Shown here: piece by piece, positions 57,572-64,000 of the stretch
Numbering within the stretch: the first letter of the stretch is position 1
How the letters are laid out: the number at the start of each line of letters is the position of its first letter
Source: Candidatus Woesearchaeota archaeon
GTDB lineage: Archaea > Nanobdellota > Nanobdellia > Woesearchaeales > WJKL01
Direction of reading: 5' to 3'
Assembly: GCA_014729145.1 (NCBI GenBank)
Contig: WJKL01000016.1
Location: 225-64,224, forward strand
DNA length: 64,000 nt
Program-made: the position numbers and the translations under genes
Notes under the pieces: generated by a model
Seen by the model: only the letters and a program-made list of their open reading frames with translations
The model's database searches: none
What the model was told of the DNA's origin: nothing

Positions 57572-58083
57572 TCTTTTTCACCTATCTTTATATTGAATTT
57601 TTTGGACATAAAATCAATAGCTTCGTCTTTGGTTATATTGTGTTTTTTTGGTATTTTTTTCGTCTTGACTTTTCTTCTTTTAATCCTGAATCCTGGTCTT
57701 TCTAAAGTGACACATACTTCTAATCCAATTATTCCAATATCCGGGTCATATTTTATTCCAGGGATGTTAATATATTCAGGAACACCAAAAGCAAGATTTC
57801 CAGCTGCATTAAACTGTTTTGGAGACAAGACATTATCTCTTGCTTCAAGCAGTTTAGGAAGGATTTCCTCTGCTTTTTTCTTTCTGAGAGTCAGTTTACA
57901 TCCGATAGGAAGCCCAGGCCGTATGCCCCATCCAGGTATCCTTTTTTTTGCAGTGGTCTGGACAGGTTTTATACCTGTGATTATCTTAAGAAGTTTCATA
58001 CCTTTCTTTAGCTTATTTTGATCTTTTCCAGTACCTATATTTAAGGTAATTTTCTCTATCCTTATTTTTCTCATCGGATTCAT
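57568..58083 (-). CDS. rpl5: Ribosomal protein uL5
   Basis: 171 aa. Conserved uL5 core. Confidence 0.85.
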   Translation of the reverse strand: MNPMRKIRIEKITLNIGTGKDQNKLKKGMKLLKIITGIKPVQTTAKKRIPGWGIRPGLPIGCKLTLRKKKAEEILPKLLEARDNVLSPKQFNAAGNLAFGVPEYINIPGIKYDPDIGIIGLEVCVTLERPGFRIKRRKVKTKKIPKKHNITKDEAIDFMSKKFNIKIGEKE

Positions 58084-58085
58084 CT

Positions 58086-58790
58086 TTATTCAGGTAATTT
58101 AATTGATGGTTTTTCTTTTCCTATGACAAAGGCATATTTTTTTAAGGTCTCAAACTTCTTTTTTCCTCTTTTGTATATAATCAAGTTATCTTTTATATCT
58201 TCAACAGTTCCTGTCTCACCGATATGCTTTCCACCCGTAAGGTAGATGAATGCTTTTTTATCAAGCTTAAAAGAATCTTTTATCTTTTGAGAAGGAAGCT
58301 CAATCAAGACTGTGTCTCCCACACTGATGCTTTTTTCCTTGGATAAAATAATATTTTTTCCATCAAAAAGATTAAGCTGTATCTTACCTTTCTTTAATAC
58401 TTTTTTTCCTTTAACTTTACATGGTTTAATCTTGGATTCCTTGTTATCTATAGGGAAAGCGATTATCTTGCCTTTTTTATCAAACAAAATCCTAAAGTTT
58501 TCTTTTATCTTAGGCATGGATATCACATCCATAAGCCCCACAATAAAACGGTGATTCTTTCTTCTTACATGGTCCACAAATATTTCCTGATTATTAAGGA
58601 TATATCTTGTTTCTTTTGCTGTTCTAGTGTATTTTAATATGTTTCTGATTAGAAGGTTGATAGGCAGGCCTAGCTTAAATGGGTGAGGTCCAGGTAAAGG
58701 TCTGGTGACCCATTTTTTATCTTTTCTTTTTATCTTCCATGTTCTTGGCATTGCAAGCCTTGACAAATGTTTTTCTATTCTACTTCCCAT
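58086..58790 (-). CDS. rps4e: Ribosomal protein eS4 (S4e)
   Basis: 234 aa. N-terminal HLSRLAMPRTWKIKRK plus KOW. Confidence 0.85.
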   Translation of the reverse strand: MGSRIEKHLSRLAMPRTWKIKRKDKKWVTRPLPGPHPFKLGLPINLLIRNILKYTRTAKETRYILNNQEIFVDHVRRKNHRFIVGLMDVISMPKIKENFRILFDKKGKIIAFPIDNKESKIKPCKVKGKKVLKKGKIQLNLFDGKNIILSKEKSISVGDTVLIELPSQKIKDSFKLDKKAFIYLTGGKHIGETGTVEDIKDNLIIYKRGKKKFETLKKYAFVIGKEKPSIKLPE

Positions 58791-58795
58791 TCATA

Positions 58796-59182
58796 TCACT
58801 TCCGTTCTAATAATTTAGCTCTTTTTTTATCATTAAGATTTAATTCTGTAAGCATAAGATTTGAAGGTTCAAGGGGAGGAAATGCTTTAGTCCCATCTTT
58901 TTTTGACAGTTCAATCCCATCAATATAGATTTTTGATCTTTTCAGGTCAATCTTGTTTATCTTTCCTGTCTTTCCTTTAAAACTTCCTCTTAAAACCTTA
59001 ATTGAATCTCCTTTTTTAGCAGAACAGTTTCTTTTGCTGTATTTTTTCTTAAGCTCCTTTGATAATGTTACTGAAACAAAGTCATTTCTTATGTGCAATG
59101 GAGCATTGTACCTATATTTGTGCTGTTTTCTGGGGCTTTTGCTTTTTTTCCATGTTTTTGAAAATCTTTTTGTTTTTTTCAT
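58796..59182 (-). CDS. rpl24: Ribosomal protein uL24
   Basis: KOW motif (GDSIKVLRGSFKGKTGKI). Confidence 0.8.
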   Translation of the reverse strand: MKKTKRFSKTWKKSKSPRKQHKYRYNAPLHIRNDFVSVTLSKELKKKYSKRNCSAKKGDSIKVLRGSFKGKTGKINKIDLKRSKIYIDGIELSKKDGTKAFPPLEPSNLMLTELNLNDKKRAKLLERK

Positions 59183-59197
59183 CTTATTATTTTGATT

Positions 59198-59599
59198 TTA
59201 GACTATAATCTTTGCGAGTTTTGCTATTCCCGGCCATCTTTCACAGGCTTCCTTCGCAATCGGGCCTTTAAATATAGTTCCTTTAGGATTTCCCTGATCA
59301 TCCTTTAATACAACGGCAGCATTGTCTTCGAATTTTACTCTTGTGCCGTCAGGCCTTCTAAACTCTTTTTTTTGTCTTACAACAACAGCAGGAACTACCT
59401 GTTTTCTGATATCAGGACGGCCGCTTTTTACAGAAGCCATAATTAAATCTCCTACTCCCGCTCCCTGAACCCTGCCTTTTACAGTCTTGTGGCCCTTTAC
59501 ACTGAATATCTTGAGTATCTTAGCTCCTGAATTATCACATGTATCGATCTTTGAGCCTGCCTGCAGTGCTTTGGTAACTTTAGCTTTAACCGGCTGCAT
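59198..59599 (-). CDS. rpl14: Ribosomal protein uL14
   Basis: 133 aa. Highly conserved core (ADNSGAK...GDLIMASVK). Confidence 0.9.
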   Translation of the reverse strand: MQPVKAKVTKALQAGSKIDTCDNSGAKILKIFSVKGHKTVKGRVQGAGVGDLIMASVKSGRPDIRKQVVPAVVVRQKKEFRRPDGTRVKFEDNAAVVLKDDQGNPKGTIFKGPIAKEACERWPGIAKLAKIIV

Positions 59600-60126
59600 T
59601 ATTTTTCAGCCTCCTTTGAATCTTTAGCATCTTCTTTTGTTCCTTTCTCCTTCTTTTCTTTTGTTTTATTTGCTTCTTTTTCTTTAGGTTCGGTTTCTTT
59701 ATCTTCTTCTGTTTTATCTTTCTTTTTTGTCTCTTCAGGCGTTTCCTGCGGTTTTTTAATTTCGGGTTCTTCTGCTCCTTCTACTGTCGCTTCTTCTCTG
59801 GCAGCGAGCTCCTCTATAAAGCCTTTTTTCTTTCCCATATTTTCAACTATTACGAATTTTTTTGTTTTTGACAAAGGCCTTGTTTCCTGGACCTTCACAA
59901 TGTCACCAATATCTGCATCTAAGCATGAAGGATTATGGACATGTATCTTGGTTCTTCTTGTTTCACTTCTTTCATATTTTGGTATGACTACAGGATAAGA
60001 CCACTCAACTGTTGCTGTGTTATGGGTATCTTTAGCTAAAACTACCCCAGTAAAGCTCTTTCCTCTTAGTTTTATGTTCCCATGGAAAGGGCATTTTTTA
60101 TCTGTACATTGTTTTTCTTTTGCCAT
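59599..60126 (-). CDS. rps17: Ribosomal protein uS17 with about 65-aa Lys/Glu/Thr-rich C-terminal tail
   Basis: OB-fold core (FHGNIKLRGKSFTGVVLAKDTHNTATVEW). Tail shares 47 identical nt with the rps3 tail. Confidence 0.8.
   Translation of the reverse strand: MAKEKQCTDKKCPFHGNIKLRGKSFTGVVLAKDTHNTATVEWSYPVVIPKYERSETRRTKIHVHNPSCLDADIGDIVKVQETRPLSKTKKFVIVENMGKKKGFIEELAAREEATVEGAEEPEIKKPQETPEETKKKDKTEEDKETEPKEKEANKTKEKKEKGTKEDAKDSKEAEK
59689..59735. repeat. 47-nt stretch identical to 61045-61091 (the rps17 and rps3 3' coding tails)
   Basis: TTCGGTTTCTTTATCTTCTTCTGTTTTATCTTTCTTTTTTGTCTCTT appears in both places on the plus strand. It encodes the shared peptide KKKDKTEEDKETE in both proteins. Confidence 0.8.
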
Positions 60127-60145
60127 GTTTGTTCTTCCTCTTTAC

Positions 60146-60412
60146 CTAATTTTTTATCCTGTTTTTTGATTTTCCAAACAGCAGTTTTCCTTTTACGACT
60201 GCAGCCTGTTTTTTTGTCTTGATCTTTATGGTTATGTTATTTTTTAACAGTATTTTTCCTGAACCTTTTTTGTCTTGGATAACGATTGTATTTTTTGTAT
60301 CATCGATGATCTTTCCTTTGATGCCTATGTTATCCTTATTTTTCGAGTCTATTACTTCAACTTCTAGACCTATGATCTCAGACTTAATGAGATCCTTTAA
60401 ATCTGATTTCAT
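60146..60412 (-). CDS. RNase P protein component 1 (Rpp29, Sm-like)
   Basis: 88 aa. Position between SUI1/L29 and S17 is conserved in archaea. Sm-like pattern LIGLEVEVIDS...GIKGKIIDDTKNTIVI. Confidence 0.6.
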   Translation of the reverse strand: MKSDLKDLIKSEIIGLEVEVIDSKNKDNIGIKGKIIDDTKNTIVIQDKKGSGKILLKNNITIKIKTKKQAAVVKGKLLFGKSKNRIKN

Positions 60413-60438
60413 CCTGTTCTTTTTTGTTTTATCAAAGT

Positions 60439-60747
60439 TTATTTAACTTCAATTGCCTCTGGAGCAAAGCCGTATTGAACCAATCTTTCCTTTATATCTT
60501 TTCTGTGATCACCCTGGAGCTCAATCTTGCCGTCTTTTGCGGTTCCTCCGCAGGCAAACTTGGTCTTGAGGGTCTTTGCGAGATCTTTAAGGTCGATCTC
60601 TTTTTCGTCTATACCTCTAATCACTGTATTTATCTTGCCAAACGCTTTTTTAACCGTTTTCACAGTTATCTTTTGGCTCTCTTTTGCGATTGATTCACAA
60701 ACACATAGTTCTTTTGGCAGCCCACAGTCTGGACAAACTTCAGCCAT
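60439..60747 (-). CDS. Translation initiation factor SUI1 (aIF1)
   Basis: 102 aa. N-terminal Cys cluster (CPDCGLPKELCVC) plus SUI1 core (ITVKTVKKAFGKINTVIRGI...FACGGT). Confidence 0.75.
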   Translation of the reverse strand: MAEVCPDCGLPKELCVCESIAKESQKITVKTVKKAFGKINTVIRGIDEKEIDLKDLAKTLKTKFACGGTAKDGKIELQGDHRKDIKERLVQYGFAPEAIEVK

Positions 60748-61012
60748 TTATCTTTTCCTCTGTTTGTTTTTTTGTCTTTTTCATAGACTTTTTTGGTGTA
60801 TGCACAGAAGCCTCTTTTTTCTTAGCTTCTGTATTCACTATTGTTAAAATTCTAGCAATAGTTTTTTTTATTTCTCTGATTTGCCCTGGATTTTTTGGTG
60901 TAGTTCCAGTAGCAATTTGAGCATTATTTTTTATCATTTCTTTTCTGAGTTCATCTAGCTTTGAATTAAGTTCTTCCCTTCCCATTGAACGCAGATCTTT
61001 TATCTTAGTCAT
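60740..61012 (-). CDS. rpl29: Ribosomal protein uL29
   Basis: Helical uL29 core (LRSMGREELNSKLDELRKEM) with a C-terminal basic tail. Confidence 0.7.
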   Translation of the reverse strand: MTKIKDLRSMGREELNSKLDELRKEMIKNNAQIATGTTPKNPGQIREIKKTIARILTIVNTEAKKKEASVHTPKKSMKKTKKQTEEKING

Positions 61013-61014
61013 TT

Positions 61015-61809
61015 TTATTCGGTTTTTTCCTCCTCTTCTTCAGATTCGGTTTCTTTATCTTCTTCTGTTTTATCTTTCTTTTTTGTCTCTTTTTTGGTAT
61101 CTGTCTCTTTTTCTTTCTTTATTTTTTCTTCTGAGCTTTCTTTTTTAGTTTGTTTTTCAGTTTTCTTGTTTTCCTTGTCTTTTTTTTCAACTTCTTCAAT
61201 AACTTCTTCTTTTTCTTCATTTAATTCAATATGGTCTGGCAGTTTTGTGTCTGGAGGCATTATCCTGACCTGTATGCCTACAACACCTGATTTTAATTTA
61301 GCCTTAGCGTATGCTGCATCTACTCCTGATAAAGCAATATCTCCGCATTTTTTCAGATATCCCTGGTAGAATCTCCAGGATTTTGCCCTACTGCTTGGGA
61401 CCTTTCCTGAAATTATAATCTCAATACCTAATGCTCCTGCACCCATAACATCAGACATAACCTTGTGGCCTACTCCTTTAAACTTGCTTGAGCCAAATCT
61501 TTCCAAGGACGATGATATCCTTTCTGCAACTATGTTTGCGTCGAGATTTGGGTTTTCAACTTCTGCAATCTCTATCTGGGGATTTTCTAATTTGAATCTT
61601 TTTTTTAAATCTGATGTTAATTTTTGAATATTTTTACCTTCTCTTCCAACAACAAGCCCTGGCCGTGAAGCATAGACTATGATCTTTTCTCCAAGAGGGG
61701 TTCTCTGCATCTTTGTTTTTGAATGCCCTGCATTATTAAGATGATTGATTACAAAATTCTGAATCTCGAATTCTTTCTTTTTTTGTTTAACAAAATCTCT
61801 TTCTATCAT
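61015..61809 (-). CDS. rps3: Ribosomal protein uS3 with Lys/Glu-rich C-terminal tail
   Basis: KH domain (VGREGKNIQKLTSDLKKRF) and S3-C domain. About 60-aa tail. Confidence 0.85.
   Translation of the reverse strand: MIERDFVKQKKKEFEIQNFVINHLNNAGHSKTKMQRTPLGEKIIVYASRPGLVVGREGKNIQKLTSDLKKRFKLENPQIEIAEVENPNLDANIVAERISSSLERFGSSKFKGVGHKVMSDVMGAGALGIEIIISGKVPSSRAKSWRFYQGYLKKCGDIALSGVDAAYAKAKLKSGVVGIQVRIMPPDTKLPDHIELNEEKEEVIEEVEKKDKENKKTEKQTKKESSEEKIKKEKETDTKKETKKKDKTEEDKETESEEEEEKTE
61045..61091. repeat. Second copy of the 47-nt identical stretch (rps3 tail)
   Basis: See 59689-59735. Confidence 0.8.
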
Positions 61810-61819
61810 ATGGCTTCAC

Positions 61820-62497
61820 CTAGGATTTTTTATTGCCCTCTTGTTTTTTTGGTTCTTTCTTTTTTTTATCTTGATTATCTGTTTTTTCTTTTGACTGTTC
61901 TTTGTTCTGCTTTTTTTCTTCTGTTTTCTTCTTTAGTTCTTTTTGGGGTTCTTTTTTATCTCCTTCTTTTTCTTGGGTTTTGCTCTTTTGCTCTTTTTTA
62001 GGTTTTGTCTTTTCTTTTTTTGGCTGATTTTGATATCTTTTTTTAGTTTTTTTGCCTGCTTTTTCTTCAAGTATAATCTCTATGTGGGTTCTTTTCATGG
62101 TTCTTCCACGCATCCTTCCATAATGCGGCTGTTTTCTTGCTTTATGAGCACAGATGTGTTTGATTATTGTGCTGGAAGTATCAATGCCTTTAAATTGCGC
62201 ATTGGATTCTGCAGATTTTAAGACTCCAAGAATCTCTTTGCTTGCTTTTATCGGATAACTTCCTCCAGCAATGTTCCCTTTTTTGTGGGCAACTCCTCTG
62301 TTAAATTTCTTGAGAGGAACAGGCATCTTTTTCAGCATTATCTGGCTTAAGATGTCTTTTGCTTTCTGAAGATTCTTGAACCTAATCAAATTACAGATTT
62401 CAACTGATTTCTTTACTGAAATAGGAAGGGACATACCTTTTGCCCTAGCCATATGTTCAGCATCGAAATCCTTTGCTGCATATTTTTGATTTGCCAT
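61820..62497 (-). CDS. rpl22: Ribosomal protein uL22 with about 75-aa Lys/Glu-rich C-terminal tail
   Basis: Conserved uL22 core (AKGMSLPISVKKSVEICNLIRFKNLQKAKDIL...HKKG). Confidence 0.8.
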   Translation of the reverse strand: MANQKYAAKDFDAEHMARAKGMSLPISVKKSVEICNLIRFKNLQKAKDILSQIMLKKMPVPLKKFNRGVAHKKGNIAGGSYPIKASKEILGVLKSAESNAQFKGIDTSSTIIKHICAHKARKQPHYGRMRGRTMKRTHIEIILEEKAGKKTKKRYQNQPKKEKTKPKKEQKSKTQEKEGDKKEPQKELKKKTEEKKQNKEQSKEKTDNQDKKKKEPKKQEGNKKS

Positions 62498-62517
62498 TTT
62501 TTATCTTTATCTAGTTT

Positions 62518-62901
62518 TTATTTAACTGAAAGCGCTGCAGATGATCTTGTCGCACCTATTCCTGGGGCAGAGTGTGATACTCCTTTTCTTGTAGAGATAA
62601 ACTCCCCCAGATAATGTCCGACCATCTCAGGCTGTATTACAACTTTTATGAATGATTTGCCATCGTGAACATTAACAGCAGAATCCACCATCTCAGGCAG
62701 GATGATGATACCTCTGCAGTGGGTTTTTATATTGCTTTCTTTGTTTTTGATCTTCTTTAACAGCTTTTTCTGAGGGTCTGTAAATCCTCTTTTAAGCGAT
62801 CTTCTGATTCTTGCTGGAGCTATTTCAGCGAACTCATTTAAGCTAAGTTTTTTTAGTTCTTCAATCGTTTTTCCGTAATAAGTGAATTCTTTTTTTGCCA
62901 T
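62518..62901 (-). CDS. rps19: Ribosomal protein uS19
   Basis: 127 aa. GHYLGEFISTRK signature. Confidence 0.85.
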   Translation of the reverse strand: MAKKEFTYYGKTIEELKKLSLNEFAEIAPARIRRSLKRGFTDPQKKLLKKIKNKESNIKTHCRGIIILPEMVDSAVNVHDGKSFIKVVIQPEMVGHYLGEFISTRKGVSHSAPGIGATRSSAALSVK

Positions 62902-62907
62902 CTTTAA

Positions 62908-63621
62908 TTACCTCTTGTGACCTGTTCTTTTTGGAGCAATGCTTCCAACCTTTCTTCCAGGAGGAGCATTTCTTGAAGCTTGTGTAGGTCTCCCTTTCTG
63001 GTGAGAGCTCTTACTTCCAAATGGATGAGCAACAGCATTCATGGAAGTTCCGGATACCTTCGGATAAAGCTTATTCTTTGCTTTTTTAGCATAAAAATTA
63101 TTTCCTGCTTTTAACATCGGTTTTTCAAGTCTACCGCTTCCTGCAATAATCCCTATACATGCTCTGCAATTTGGATCAAATGTTTTTCTTTTATTTGAAG
63201 GCAGCAGAACAACTATTCCTTTTTTTGTCTTTTCTATTATCTTTGCTGAAGCCCCTGATGATTTTACAAACTTTCCTCCATCTCCAGGATTTAATTCAAG
63301 ATTATTTATGGATGTTCCAGAAGGTATGTCTTTTAGCTGAAGCGTATTTCCTGGTTTAGGTTTTGCTTCAGAACCAGAGGTAATTGTATCTCCTACCCTA
63401 ATACCTTCAGGAGCAACAATATAACATATCTCTTTGTTTTCATATTCAATCTTAGCAAGAGGAGCTGAATGTCCAGGACATTTTATGAGATCAAGTATCT
63501 TTCCTTTTATTGTTTCTTCACCGAATCTATTGTGCCCTGCTTTAGCCCTATATCTAAAACTAGGCGCTCTGTATGCTGCGCTTCCTTTTCCTCTTCTCTG
63601 TTGAATCAATCTTTTTCCCAT
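62908..63621 (-). CDS. rpl2: Ribosomal protein uL2
   Basis: 237 aa. Conserved C-terminal HPFGS...G and the GDGGKFVKSSGAS region. Confidence 0.9.
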   Translation of the reverse strand: MGKRLIQQRRGKGSAAYRAPSFRYRAKAGHNRFGEETIKGKILDLIKCPGHSAPLAKIEYENKEICYIVAPEGIRVGDTITSGSEAKPKPGNTLQLKDIPSGTSINNLELNPGDGGKFVKSSGASAKIIEKTKKGIVVLLPSNKRKTFDPNCRACIGIIAGSGRLEKPMLKAGNNFYAKKAKNKLYPKVSGTSMNAVAHPFGSKSSHQKGRPTQASRNAPPGRKVGSIAPKRTGHKR

Positions 63622-63631
63622 TTTGATTACC

Positions 63632-63904
63632 TTATATCAATCCAAGCTGTGTAGCTATGTCAATTGCAGGAGTGTCTGCTGCAAATCTGACATATGCTCT
63701 TTTTTCTCCAGCTTGTGTTATAAATGTGTTAACTTTTTTGACTTTTGCTTTGAATAGCTTTTCAACTGATCTTTTGATATCCTGTTTTGTAGCTTTCTTA
63801 TCTACAGCAAATATAAGCTTGTTTTCTGATTCCATCAATCTGATAGACTTTTCAGTTGAAAGCGGGTTTTTGATTATCGAGTATGGGTCTTTCATCTTTA
63901 TCAC
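63632..63904 (-). CDS. rpl23: Ribosomal protein uL23 (GTG start)
   Basis: 90 aa. The sequence shows GTG at the annotated start. Conserved uL23 fold pattern. Confidence 0.75.
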   Translation of the reverse strand: MIKMKDPYSIIKNPLSTEKSIRLMESENKLIFAVDKKATKQDIKRSVEKLFKAKVKKVNTFITQAGEKRAYVRFAADTPAIDIATQLGLI

Positions 63905-64000
63905 ATAAACATTTTTTCTTTCTCTAATTTATTGATTGCAGATTCAGTGAACAGAGTCAATCTTCCAGGTACTGCTCCAGGAGCCAATAGTTCAGCATTT
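63902..64000 (-). CDS. rpl4: Ribosomal protein uL4, 3' end only (the gene continues past the window end)
   Basis: Hand translation gives ...NAELLAPGAVPGRLTLFTESAINKLEKEKMFM*. Its stop TGA overlaps the uL23 GTG start. Gene order L4-L23-L2 is canonical. Confidence 0.5.

Overview
This is an AT-rich (roughly 30% GC), gene-dense archaeal chromosomal segment. It is dominated by information-processing genes, and no rRNA genes, tRNA genes or CRISPR arrays were seen. Named features in order: partial Rpp30, a TtuA/NcsA-like tRNA thiolase, TBP, and an MCM helicase interrupted by two large LAGLIDADG inteins. Then an RPA32-like OB/winged-helix protein, aIF2-beta, and a co-directional orc1/cdc6 - PolD small (DP1) - PolD large (DP2) cluster headed by a probable replication origin. 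The origin has three ORB elements and a roughly 220 bp pure-AT unwinding region. Further on: two TrmB-family regulators, an eIF2B-like protein, TFE-alpha, Hjc, RNase Z, tRNA-splicing endonuclease, FEN1 and Trm5. Then PAN, peptidases, TyrRS, a Cas4-like 4Fe-4S nuclease with no CRISPR array, CorA and the RFC small subunit. A five-gene minus-strand operon of putative cell-surface proteins follows, including three paralogous lipoprotein-like genes. After it come Pelota, ADP-forming acetyl-CoA synthetase alpha and beta, PheRS alpha and beta, and a long minus-strand ribosomal-protein operon. That operon runs L4 (partial) through L23, L2 and onward to L15, then SecY, a DUF106 protein, L34e and L14e, with SUI1 and RNase P Rpp29 embedded. 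Several ribosomal proteins carry Lys/Glu-rich C-terminal tails. Two of the tails share a 47-nt identical stretch. Also flagged: a 25-bp element repeated upstream of MCM and the Cas4-like gene at the same promoter position, a candidate C/D box sRNA in a GC-rich island, and a novel winged-helix - coiled-coil - Mrr-nuclease protein. Gene content and the Lys-rich ribosomal tails suggest a small-genome archaeon, possibly DPANN-like. This lineage call is inference. All calls rest on reading motifs by eye. No database searches were run.
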